Shown in pieces: positions 26,885 to 36,113 of a stretch of DNA of 64,000 nt; positions within the stretch are counted from its first letter, which is position 1; each line of letters starts with the position of its first letter. The notes under the pieces were generated by a model, which was not told the origin of the DNA, did no database searches, and saw only the letters and a program-made list of their open reading frames with translations. Location: assembly GCA_041601615.1 (NCBI GenBank), contig JBFIHX010000010.1, positions 1 through 64,000 on the forward strand. Reading direction: 5' to 3'. The stretch is from Thermoplasmatota archaeon. GTDB taxonomy: Archaea > Thermoplasmatota > E2 > JACPAO01 > JAHFTW01. Position numbers and translations under genes: made by a program.

Positions 26885-29446
26885 ATGTCCAAGCTTGTCA
26901 TTGTCGAATCGCCGACCAAGATCAAGAAGCTCAAGCAGTACCTGCCCGCCGGCTTCGAGGTGGACTCCTGCGTAGGCCACATCCGTGACCTACCAAGCAG
27001 CAAGTCCGAGGTCCCCGCCGCAATCAAAGACAAGCCCTGGGCCGACTTCGCCGTGGACGTGGAGCACGACTTCCAGCCCCACTACATCACGATCCGAGGC
27101 AAAGGCAAAGTCATCACCGAACTCAAACGCAAGCTCAAGGACGCAACGGAACTACTCCTGGCAACGGATGAAGACCGCGAAGGCGAAAGCATCTCCTGGC
27201 ACCTGATCGAGGCGCTGAAACCCAAGGTCCCCGTCAAGCGCATGGTCTTCAACGAGATCACCAAAAAAGCGGTCCTCGAAGCCCTCGAAAACACCCGCGA
27301 AATGGACATGGACCTCGTCCAAGCCCAAGAAACGCGCCGCATCCTCGACCGCCTCTACGGCTACGCGCTGAGTCCCTTGCTTTGGAAGAAAGTCGGCGGC
27401 AACCTCTCCGCGGGCCGCGTGCAATCCGTCGCCGTCCGCCTCGTCGTACAACGCGAACGCGAACGCCGCGCCTTCGTCGCCGGCAGCTACTGGGACCTCA
27501 CCGCCACCCTCCACAAAGACCGCGACTTCGAAGCCCGCCTCCACAGCGTCGAAGGCAAACGCATCGCCAGCGGCAAAGATTTCGACAAAGACACCGGCGC
27601 GATCATCGAAGGACGCGACGTGCTCCTGCTCGAAGAAGACGCCGCCCGCGCCCTCCAAGCCCGCCTCAAAGACGCCACCTGGACCGTCAGCGACGTCAAA
27701 CAACGCCAAGGCAAAACCAGCCCCAACGCCCCCTTCATCACCAGCACCCTCCAACAAGAGGCAAGCAACCGCCTCAACCTTGGCGCCAAGCAATCGATGC
27801 AAATCGCCCAGCGCCTCTACCAAGAAGGGTTCATCACCTACATGCGTACGGACAGCACCCACCTGTCCGAAGAAGCCGTCAAAGGCGCCCGCGCCGCCGC
27901 CAGCACCGAATTTGGCGCCCAGCACGTCGCCGACACCGCCCGCGACTACGCCAACAAGAGCAAAAACGCCCAGGAAGCCCACGAAGCCATCCGGCCCGCA
28001 GGCGAAGAATTCCAACACCCCGACCGCAGCGGCCTCGAAGGCAAAGACCGCGAACTGTACCGACTCATCTGGCAACGCACCCTCGCCAGCCAAATGCGCG
28101 ACGAAGAATTCACCAGCACCACCGCGCAGATCACCGCCGAAAACGCCCAATTCGTGGCAACCGGCAAGCGCGTAGACAGCCCTGGTTGGCGCCTCGCCTA
28201 CCCCGCCAGCGGCGACCGCGACACCGAACTTCCGCAGCTTCGCGAAGGCGACCTACCGGACCTCAAGGAACTCGGCGCCGACGGCCACGAAACCAAGCCC
28301 CCGGCCCGGTTCACAGAAGCCAGCCTCGTCAAGGCCCTCGAAGAAGAGGGCATCGGCCGCCCGTCCACCTACGCCAGCATCATGGACACCATCCAGAACC
28401 GCGGCTACGTGGTCTTCAAGGGCAAAGCGCTCGTGCCCACCTTCACCGCCTTTGCCGTCACCGGCCTCCTGGAAAAGAACTTCCCGCGCCTCGTCGACCC
28501 CAAGTTCACTTCCGAAATGGAAGACACCCTCGACGCCATCAGCCGCGGCGAATCCGACTGGATCCCGTTCCTACGCACCTTCTTCTCCGGCGAAAACGGC
28601 CTCGAAGCCCAAATCGCCGAACGCATGGCGAGCATGGACCCCGAGCAAGCACGCATCATCGACCTTGGAGACATGCCCTTCATCGTCCGTATCGGCCGCT
28701 TCGGCCCCTATGTAGACGTAGAACGCGACGGCGAACGCATCACCGCCAGCATCCCCGAAGCCGTCACCCCCGACGAACTCGACGAAGCGCTGCTTGAGCG
28801 CCTGATTCTGCAAAAACAGGAAGGCCCCAAGAGCCTCGGCGAAGACCCCGAAACCAAGAAACCGGTCTTCATCCTCGACGGACGCTTCGGGCCCTACTAT
28901 CAACTCGGCGAACCCGAAGGCAAAGCCAAACCGCCCCGCGCAAGCCTGCCCAAGGGCAAGAAAATCGACGACGCTAGCCTCGAAGAAGGCCTCTGGCTCC
29001 TGTCGCTGCCCAAGGAACTCGGCCCCCACCCCGACGGCGGCACGGTGCTCGCAGGCCTCGGCCGCTACGGCCCCTACATCATGCTTCAACCACCAGGCGA
29101 AGGCAAGGCGACCTACGCAAACGTCCCCTCCGTCGACACCCTCAAAACCATCAGCCTCCCAGAAGCCGTGCAAGTGCTGGCCGAGAAAGCAGCAGGCGGC
29201 GGCGGACGCGGAGGCCGGGGCGCCGGACCCACCGTAATCAAAGAAATGGGCAACCACCCCGACGGCAAACCAATCCAGCTCCTGGCCGGACGCTACGGTC
29301 CCTACCTCAAACACGAGAAAACCAACGCCAGCCTGCCCAAGGACATGGACCCAGACAGCGTCACCCTCGAAGCGGCCATCGAAATGATCGCCGACAAGAA
29401 GGCCAAAGGCGGCAAGAAACCAGCCACGCGCCGCAAGCGCTCCTAG
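26885..29446 (+). CDS. topA: DNA topoisomerase I, bacterial type IA with C-terminal repeats
   Basis: IVESP, GHIRDL, DEDREGE, SAGRVQS, ITYMRTD, QEAHEAIRP, GIGRPSTY; four GR[FY]GPY repeats. Confidence 0.95.
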   Translation: MSKLVIVESPTKIKKLKQYLPAGFEVDSCVGHIRDLPSSKSEVPAAIKDKPWADFAVDVEHDFQPHYITIRGKGKVITELKRKLKDATELLLATDEDREGESISWHLIEALKPKVPVKRMVFNEITKKAVLEALENTREMDMDLVQAQETRRILDRLYGYALSPLLWKKVGGNLSAGRVQSVAVRLVVQRERERRAFVAGSYWDLTATLHKDRDFEARLHSVEGKRIASGKDFDKDTGAIIEGRDVLLLEEDAARALQARLKDATWTVSDVKQRQGKTSPNAPFITSTLQQEASNRLNLGAKQSMQIAQRLYQEGFITYMRTDSTHLSEEAVKGARAAASTEFGAQHVADTARDYANKSKNAQEAHEAIRPAGEEFQHPDRSGLEGKDRELYRLIWQRTLASQMRDEEFTSTTAQITAENAQFVATGKRVDSPGWRLAYPASGDRDTELPQLREGDLPDLKELGADGHETKPPARFTEASLVKALEEEGIGRPSTYASIMDTIQNRGYVVFKGKALVPTFTAFAVTGLLEKNFPRLVDPKFTSEMEDTLDAISRGESDWIPFLRTFFSGENGLEAQIAERMASMDPEQARIIDLGDMPFIVRIGRFGPYVDVERDGERITASIPEAVTPDELDEALLERLILQKQEGPKSLGEDPETKKPVFILDGRFGPYYQLGEPEGKAKPPRASLPKGKKIDDASLEEGLWLLSLPKELGPHPDGGTVLAGLGRYGPYIMLQPPGEGKATYANVPSVDTLKTISLPEAVQVLAEKAAGGGGRGGRGAGPTVIKEMGNHPDGKPIQLLAGRYGPYLKHEKTNASLPKDMDPDSVTLEAAIEMIADKKAKGGKKPATRRKRS

Positions 29447-29516
29447 CCACGCGCACCGGCCCGATTCAAATCCCGGACCAATTGCATAAAGAGCATCCCA
29501 ACGGTGGCGCACTCGG

Positions 29517-30584
29517 TTGACTCTCAGCAAGCGAAAGCTCAGTCCCTGGTTCCTGTTTGCCCTCCTCCTCGTCGTCGGATGGGCCAGCTTGCGCATCGTC
29601 CGCGTTTTCCTGGACTACGCCCTCGTCGGCATCTTCCTTGCCTACCTCACCTACCCCGGCTACAAATGGATCCTCGCCCGCGTCAAACACAAACCGATCG
29701 CCAGCATGCTCATGCTCATGGTGGTCGTCGCCAGCGTCGTCGTCCCCGGCTTCTTTCTTATCAGTGAACTCATCCGAGAAATCACCCAACTCACCGCCAG
29801 CCTCAGCGCCACCAACCTCAGCGCCGCCCTCGACGACCTGCAACGCCAAATCAACACCCTCATCGGCGGCGACCCCGACAAAGTCGTCGGCGGCTACGAC
29901 CTCGTCGCCATCGCCGTCCCCGCCGTCAAATCCTTCCTCAGCAGCCTCGTCGCCGACCTCCCAAGCCAACTCGCCTTCGGCTTCATCGGCGTCTTTGTTC
30001 TCCTGTACATCATGTACTACATCTACATCGACGGCGCCCGCCTCCTCCTCTTCATCCAAGAACTCCTGCCCATGCAAGAAGCCCACCGCGACCTCCTGTT
30101 TCACGAAACAGGCATCGTCGTCAAGGCCGTCATGTACGGACAAGTTCTCACCGCCATGATCCAAGCCGCCATCGCCGGCGTCGGCTACATCATCTTTGGT
30201 GTTCCCAGCGTAGTCCTTCTGAGCCTCGCCACCTTCGTCCTCGCACTCCTGCCCGTCGTCGGCCCGCCCCTCATCTGGGTCCCCGCCGCCGCATTCCTCC
30301 TCATCAAAGGCCAAACCTTCGCCGGCGTCGGCCTCATCATCTACAGCGCCATCCTCGTCAGCGGCCTCGACAACATCATCCGACCCAAATTGATTGGGAG
30401 TCGGGCCAGGGTTCACCCTGTGGTGGTACTCTTGGGGGTGCTTGGCGGCATCGTGATTTTTGGGATGAGCGGGTTGATTCTGGGTCCGCTCGTGCTGTCG
30501 ATTTTCGTGACTCTGCTCGAGGTTTACAGGAAGGAGTTCGCGAACAAGATGGACGACGAGGGTGGGTTTTGGGTTAGGCCGTAG
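29517..30584 (+). CDS. AI-2E family transporter
   Basis: LLPVVG..LIWVP, DNIIRPKLIG, HPVVVLLGVLGG...FG..GLILGP. Confidence 0.9.
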   Translation: MTLSKRKLSPWFLFALLLVVGWASLRIVRVFLDYALVGIFLAYLTYPGYKWILARVKHKPIASMLMLMVVVASVVVPGFFLISELIREITQLTASLSATNLSAALDDLQRQINTLIGGDPDKVVGGYDLVAIAVPAVKSFLSSLVADLPSQLAFGFIGVFVLLYIMYYIYIDGARLLLFIQELLPMQEAHRDLLFHETGIVVKAVMYGQVLTAMIQAAIAGVGYIIFGVPSVVLLSLATFVLALLPVVGPPLIWVPAAAFLLIKGQTFAGVGLIIYSAILVSGLDNIIRPKLIGSRARVHPVVVLLGVLGGIVIFGMSGLILGPLVLSIFVTLLEVYRKEFANKMDDEGGFWVRP

Positions 30585-30758
30585 GGGTTGGTGTTTGGGT
30601 TGGGGGCCATCCGAGCACAGGCCTTGCATGGAAGCGCGCCCAACAAAATCTAGGATTCAACGGAGGGCGTCTGTCAAGAGCCGACGGCAACTCGGGTTGA
30701 CCGAGTTATTTAGCACTGCATTACATCAAATGACGAAATCGAAACTACAAAATCCCAC

Positions 30759-31637
30759 TTGGCAGGGTGTGTTTCGATGTCGAACCCCATTCAGACGCCG
30801 GCAATTAGCGAGGACTGGGAGCCGACCGAGGAAGATTTCAAGCATCCCTTTAAAGTACCAAAGGGTTGGAAATTAGAACACATACGAACTGTTCTTCAGG
30901 AAGTTCGGAGTCAAGCGATTGAGAAATGGCAGAAAATTGTAGATTTAAAGGAAGATGGCAACCATCATGTTTTAATGGAAACCCTGGCGCGCGAAGGTGT
31001 ACCTCCGGGCGAAGCCGCCCTTGTAACTGATGACTCCCAAAGTGCCAATGTGGGTGCTTGTACTCCTGTTGTTAGCTCACAAGCATTGCCACACTCTAGA
31101 GCTTCACAGCAGGCCTTCGACGGATTTCTGCGGCATATAGAAGACGAAATTTCAGAGTTGCGTGAGGGCCTTGACGACGACAATCGCTGGATTGGATTAT
31201 TGGCAGCTCGGGAGGCCGTGCTGATAGCCGATTTACATCGAGGTCCTGCGGAGGAGGGTCTAGGAAAATTTGCAGGAGGTACTGCGAAAGTACTTATTTC
31301 GTTGGCTGCCGCTACTGTTGCCGCCATGGCTAGCGTAACGCTATCTGCGAGGGTTTTCGATCCGAATATCATCCAGGGCGCTAAGTCTGCGATCCTCGCG
31401 AGCGGCATATCCGCCACGCTAGCGCTGGCGTCAACTGTACCCGAAACAGTCCGTCTGGTAATTCAGCGATTTAAGGATGACGTCGAAATAGATTGGATTC
31501 GATCGAGTTGGTTGATGACGTGGGGAATTGCCATGTTTTTGATTGTGTGTTCCGCAGGGGCGTTAGCCGTAGCCTTAAGCGACGCAATCGAGGTAGCGCG
31601 AGGAGTTTTCGAGGCAGGCATAAAACAAGCTAGTTAG
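30759..31637 (+). CDS. Low-GC orphan membrane-associated protein
   Basis: Long ORF in an AT-richer insert downstream of tRNA-Gly; C-terminal hydrophobic helices; start could be 30777. Confidence 0.55.
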   Translation: MAGCVSMSNPIQTPAISEDWEPTEEDFKHPFKVPKGWKLEHIRTVLQEVRSQAIEKWQKIVDLKEDGNHHVLMETLAREGVPPGEAALVTDDSQSANVGACTPVVSSQALPHSRASQQAFDGFLRHIEDEISELREGLDDDNRWIGLLAAREAVLIADLHRGPAEEGLGKFAGGTAKVLISLAAATVAAMASVTLSARVFDPNIIQGAKSAILASGISATLALASTVPETVRLVIQRFKDDVEIDWIRSSWLMTWGIAMFLIVCSAGALAVALSDAIEVARGVFEAGIKQAS

Positions 31638-31759
31638 GTTCCAGCCGAGGTTTACCAACGATGAATCCCATTTATTCAAGTTCTCCCCATTCCCTAAGGT
31701 CGCTGACACTGAATAGTCATTTTTCCTCCCAACGAAAGCGTCTAGGAAAGCCCCAGGTT

Positions 31760-32071
31760 GCCTTCGGCACTCGGCTCGCTCCGGCATTTCAAAAACCACC
31801 TTCCCTCGCGGCCGCTCGCTTGGCGGCATTTGAAATGCACTCGCTGGCCGCGCAAGTTACACTTTGGAGAAACCTCCAGGCTTCTTCAATTCACTCACTG
31901 GCCGCACAAGCGCGGCCCGCTCGGCACTGAACAAACTTCCTCTGTCGCTGACGCTCCCTCGTCAGCTTGTTCAGTGCAGTCGCTGGCCATGCTCCTTCGT
32001 CGCATGGCCCGCTCCGCATCCAAAAAACCTCCCTCATTCGCTGACGCTCATTCGGTCAGCTTTTTGTATGC
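31760..32071. repeat. Array of imperfect palindromic stem-loop modules abutting the tRNA-Gly 3' end
   Basis: Stems 31784-93/31829-38, 31924-34/31967-77, 31985-92/32002-09, 32016-26/32061-71; recurring tcgctgacgctc and cactc[ga]ctggccgc. Confidence 0.7.
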
Positions 32072-32139
32072 AGGATACGGGATTTGAACCCGTGCTATTA
32101 GCTTGGAAGGCTAAAGTCATACCCCTAGACCAATCCTGC
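32069..32139 (-). tRNA. tRNA-Gly (anticodon TCC)
   Basis: GCAGGAT acceptor stem, TTAGC-CTTCCAA-GCTAA anticodon arm, GGTTCAAATCC T arm; CCA not encoded. Confidence 0.93.
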
Positions 32140-32213
32140 GTGTGGTGCGAATGCCCGGCGACAGGTCGGACACCCGTCGCTATCGCCGCCGACCCCGCCC
32201 CCCTTCTTAACCG

Positions 32214-33296
32214 CTACACATCCCAGCGCGCCACGCGAAATGCGTGTCCCATGGCGGCAGGGAGGAGCATTTGCCGCAGTCGCAGGTAGGCGCTGGCGCC
32301 TTCGACGGTGTTGCGGTCGATGGCGTTGAGGGCTTCGAGCACATTGTGTCGCATCAGGAATGCCTCTTGGGATTCCTCGAACGCGAGCCGCAGCCCCGCG
32401 GCGTCGGCCCAGGCTCGGATTTGGGCAAAATCGACGCTCGCTGTGATGTCCTTGTGTCCTGGTTCCATCCATGCGGGCCCCGCGTCTTGGTGCCGGGCGA
32501 ATGTGCGCACGGTGCCGTCGGGGTCGCGCCGCCAGACTTGGTTTCCACCGTAGTCGATGACGAGCACGGCGCCGGACGCGAGGTTTTGCTGGATGGTTTC
32601 GAGCCAGGCCTTTGCTTCGTGCATGATGGCAACACGCGATCCGGCCGGGGCCAACACGGGAGCCATTGCTGCTACTTCGGGCGGGCAGGGGCCGGATTCG
32701 AGGGCAAAATCGTTGCCATCCAGCCCCACATGCAGGGCCGTCCATTCAGTTTCGATGCGTTCGAGCCACCAGAACGGCAGAGCGTCTAGAAATTCGTGGG
32801 CGACGATGAAGCCGACGGCACCGGCGGGGAGCGATTCCAACCACTGGATGCGAGCGTCGGCGCCGCTTGCTTGAGCTTCTCGGTGTGTGGGGCTGCGCTC
32901 GATGTGGTTCCAAGCGATGCGTCCTGCAAGTTCGGGGTGCTCCGCGTCGAGATGCGCCAGGGCATCGCGGGCAAGATCGCCTTCGCCGCCACCAAATTCA
33001 TAGACGGCAAAATCGGCGGGCGCGCCGAGGCGGCGCCACGTTTCTACGGCCTCTTCGGCGATACAACGGGCAAGAAACGGATGCAGCGTCGGACTCGTGG
33101 CAAAATCCGCGTCTGCCCCAGGGCCGGTCTTGCGCCCAGGTCGCGTGTAATAGCCCTCGCCTGGATCGTACAGGGCCGCCTCCATCCACGCGGGCCAGGG
33201 CATGGCGCCGTCCGTCTCGATGCGTTTGCGCAGTCGGTCGGCAAGAGCCACGAACCGCCCAGACCGGCGCGGCGCTTGGGGGTTTCGACCGCCCAT
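32214..33296 (-). CDS. MidA/NDUFAF7 family SAM-dependent methyltransferase
   Basis: ALYDPGEGYY, DFATSP, EFGGGEG, HEFLDALP, IDYG, DITASVDF. Confidence 0.88.
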   Translation of the reverse strand: MGGRNPQAPRRSGRFVALADRLRKRIETDGAMPWPAWMEAALYDPGEGYYTRPGRKTGPGADADFATSPTLHPFLARCIAEEAVETWRRLGAPADFAVYEFGGGEGDLARDALAHLDAEHPELAGRIAWNHIERSPTHREAQASGADARIQWLESLPAGAVGFIVAHEFLDALPFWWLERIETEWTALHVGLDGNDFALESGPCPPEVAAMAPVLAPAGSRVAIMHEAKAWLETIQQNLASGAVLVIDYGGNQVWRRDPDGTVRTFARHQDAGPAWMEPGHKDITASVDFAQIRAWADAAGLRLAFEESQEAFLMRHNVLEALNAIDRNTVEGASAYLRLRQMLLPAAMGHAFRVARWDV

Positions 33297-33379
33297 CACT
33301 GCACCGGAAACACCCCTCACGCCATGACAACGGTCATAAGCTACCCCTCTTTGGGCGAACCTGGACCTGGGGTTTATAT

Positions 33380-33760
33380 ATGGTGTCCGTCGCTTCGGAA
33401 TACGTCCCCTTGGCCATCTTGGGCGGGGTTTCCCTCCTGTTGGTCTTTGTGACTCTGCTCGGGAACAAATTCATGGCGCCGCAGCGCGCCAGTGTCACGA
33501 AACTTACCAACTACGAGTGTGGTGAGAAGGCAACGCCGGGCGCTCGCGGCCCGATTGATGTACAGTACTACATGTACATCCTGACGTTCCTCATCTTCGA
33601 CGTGGAGGCGATGTTCCTCATTCCCTTCGCCCTTCGCTTCAACTCAGGAATCATCGGAACCGCCGGCATCCTCGCCATGGCGTTCTTTGTGACCCTGATT
33701 CTCGTGGGCTACGTCTACGAACTGCGCAAGAAACTGCTTTCCTGGAGAGCCCTCGAATGA
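33380..33760 (+). CDS. nuoA: NADH-quinone oxidoreductase subunit A
   Basis: YECG, FLIFDVE. Confidence 0.93.
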   Translation: MVSVASEYVPLAILGGVSLLLVFVTLLGNKFMAPQRASVTKLTNYECGEKATPGARGPIDVQYYMYILTFLIFDVEAMFLIPFALRFNSGIIGTAGILAMAFFVTLILVGYVYELRKKLLSWRALE

Positions 33761-34338
33761 CCGCAGAACCAGCCGCTACGCCCGCCGCCGAGGCCGCCAT
33801 GGAAACCTTTGATCCGGCCACGGACGACCCCAAGGCACTCAAAATCCCCATCGTCGTGGAAGAGCAAAAGGACGGCCTCGTGCTGACCGTGCTCTCCAAG
33901 GCCATCAACTGGGGCCGCAGCAACTCGCTCTGGCCCTTCGGCTTCGGCCTTGCCTGCTGTGCCATTGAAATGATCAGCACGCTCGCAAGCCCACAGCACG
34001 ACATGAGCCGCTTTGGCTCTGAAGTAATGCGCGCAAGCCCCCGCCAATGCGACCTCATTATTGTGCCCGGCACCGTCACCAAGAAAATGGCGCCGCGCAT
34101 CAAGAATCTCTACGAGCAAATGGCGGAACCGAAGTACGTCATCGCCATGGGCGCCTGCGCCATCAACGGCGGCCCCTACCAAGACTCCTACTTCGTCGTC
34201 AAAGGTGTCGACAAGATCATTCCCGTCGACGTGTATATTCCCGGCTGCCCGCCTCGCCCCGAGGCACTCATGGACGGCCTCCAAAAGCTGCAACAGAAAA
34301 TCCGCGACCAGAACAACACCCTGGAGCTTGGTTTCTAA
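33757..34338 (+). CDS. nuoB: NADH-quinone oxidoreductase subunit B
   Basis: [27 protein letters not shown]. Confidence 0.96.
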   Translation: MTAEPAATPAAEAAMETFDPATDDPKALKIPIVVEEQKDGLVLTVLSKAINWGRSNSLWPFGFGLACCAIEMISTLASPQHDMSRFGSEVMRASPRQCDLIIVPGTVTKKMAPRIKNLYEQMAEPKYVIAMGACAINGGPYQDSYFVVKGVDKIIPVDVYIPGCPPRPEALMDGLQKLQQKIRDQNNTLELGF

Positions 34339-34892
34339 TGGCCGAAGAAGCCCCTGTCCAGACCCTGGCGCCCACGGGCGACCACGCCCTCATTGCCGCA
34401 AAATTCCCCGACGCTGTCACCGGATTCGCAGTCCTTGAAGACGGCCACGGAATTACGGAAGTCGCCCCCGACGGCCTCTTCGTCGTCGCCACCGCCGCCA
34501 AGCGCCTCGGCTACCGCATTCTCAGCTGCCTCTCGGCGTACGACACCAAAAAGCAAGGCAGCGGCGTCTTCTACGCCTTCCTCAAACCGGCCGCCTACCC
34601 CGACGAGTTTGCCGAACTGCGCCTGCGCGTCCCCCTCACCTTTGAGGAAGGACAAAACCCGCAAGTGCAGAGCCTCGTGGACGTGTACCCCGCCGCCGGC
34701 TGGCACGAACGCGAAATGTGGGACATGTACGGAGTCAAGTTCGAGGGCAACCCCGACTTGCGCCGCATGTTCCTGCCCGACGATTGGCACGGCTACCCCA
34801 TGCGCCTCGACTACAAGGAGGCCGAACAGTTCGTCGCCATGGTCGACGGCGAAGACGTCACCTTCCAAACACAGGAGGAGGGATCCTGGTGA
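34338..34892 (+). CDS. nuoC: NADH-quinone oxidoreductase subunit C
   Basis: WHEREMWDMYG..F.G.PDLRR...W.GYPMR.DY. Confidence 0.92.
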   Translation: MAEEAPVQTLAPTGDHALIAAKFPDAVTGFAVLEDGHGITEVAPDGLFVVATAAKRLGYRILSCLSAYDTKKQGSGVFYAFLKPAAYPDEFAELRLRVPLTFEEGQNPQVQSLVDVYPAAGWHEREMWDMYGVKFEGNPDLRRMFLPDDWHGYPMRLDYKEAEQFVAMVDGEDVTFQTQEEGSW

Positions 34893-36103
34893 GCACCCCC
34901 ATCAACTACGCAGCCCAAGTGCCCCCCACCTTCGATGCGCCCAGCATCGTTGGCATGCACAAAGTGGATGACCGCCACCTCATGGAGCTCAACATGGGCC
35001 CCCAGCACCCGTCCACGCACGGCGTGCTGCGCCTGAAGCTCCTCCTCGACGGTGAAATCGTCGAATCAGTCGAACCGGTCATTGGCTACCTCCACCGAGG
35101 CAGCGAAAAACTGGCCGAGGGCATGAACTGGGTCAAATTCATCCCGCTTACGGACCGCATGGACTACTTGTCCGCCATGAACAACAACCACGGCTACGTC
35201 TTGGCCGTGGAGGAACTTCTTGGAGGCCCCGCCCAGAACATCGTCTCCGAGCGCGGCGAACACCTGCGCGTCTTTGCGGCAGAACTCAGCCGCCTTGCCA
35301 GCCACTTGTTGTGGATGGGCACCTTCTTCCTGGACCTTGGCGCCATCACGCCCGTCTTCTACGCCCTGCGCGAACGTGAGATGATCCTCGGGTTCCTCGA
35401 AGAACTGTGCGGCGCGCGCCTCACGTTCAACTACATGCGCTTTGGCGGCGTCAAGTACGACCTGCCCGAAGACAGCACCTACCTCGACCGCGTCATGGAC
35501 TTCGTCAAGGCGGTTCCGGCCCAGGTCCAAGAGTACGAAACGCTGCTCAAAAAGAACGACATCATCGTCGCTCGCCTCAACGGCACCGGCCCCCTCACCC
35601 GAGACCAAGCGCTCGACTGGGGTGTCACCGGCCCAATGCTCCGCGCCACCGGCATCGCGCACGACCTGCGCAAAATCGCACCGTACAGCATCTACAAGGA
35701 CCTCAACTTCGGCATCCCGACGACCACGCAGAGCGACTGCTACGGTCGCCTGATGATTCGCTGGGCAGAAATGGTCCAGACCGCCAAGATTCTGCAACAA
35801 GTCATCGAGCGCCTGCAAAACCGCAACCTCGACGGCCTGCACCTCAACCCCGCCTACGCTGGCGGCAAGATCCTGCGCGTCAAAGCCAAGGGAGAAGCCT
35901 ACGCCCGCATCGAGCAACCGAAGGGAGAATACGGCTGCCACGTCATCGGCGACGGCGGCCTCAAACCTGCCCGCGTCCACGTCCGGGCCCCCTCGTTTGC
36001 CAACCTACAGGTCCTGCCGCTCATGGCACGGGGCCAGAAAATCGCCGACCTGATCGCAACATTGGGTTCCATCGACATCGTTCTGGGAGACGTAGACCGT
36101 TAG
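34889..36103 (+). CDS. nuoD: NADH-quinone oxidoreductase subunit D
   Basis: GPQHPSTHGVLRL, GYLHRG.EK, DRMDY, GSIDIVLGDVDR. Confidence 0.96.
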   Translation: MSTPINYAAQVPPTFDAPSIVGMHKVDDRHLMELNMGPQHPSTHGVLRLKLLLDGEIVESVEPVIGYLHRGSEKLAEGMNWVKFIPLTDRMDYLSAMNNNHGYVLAVEELLGGPAQNIVSERGEHLRVFAAELSRLASHLLWMGTFFLDLGAITPVFYALREREMILGFLEELCGARLTFNYMRFGGVKYDLPEDSTYLDRVMDFVKAVPAQVQEYETLLKKNDIIVARLNGTGPLTRDQALDWGVTGPMLRATGIAHDLRKIAPYSIYKDLNFGIPTTTQSDCYGRLMIRWAEMVQTAKILQQVIERLQNRNLDGLHLNPAYAGGKILRVKAKGEAYARIEQPKGEYGCHVIGDGGLKPARVHVRAPSFANLQVLPLMARGQKIADLIATLGSIDIVLGDVDR

Positions 36104-36113
36104 GAGGACTTTC

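Noticed and set aside
29455-29485. tRNA T-arm-like fragment (gattcaaatcccgg) as a possible att site for the tRNA-Gly insert
   Set aside because: The match is short, lies on the opposite strand to tRNA-Gly, forms no cloverleaf, and a host-like gene lies between the two sites.
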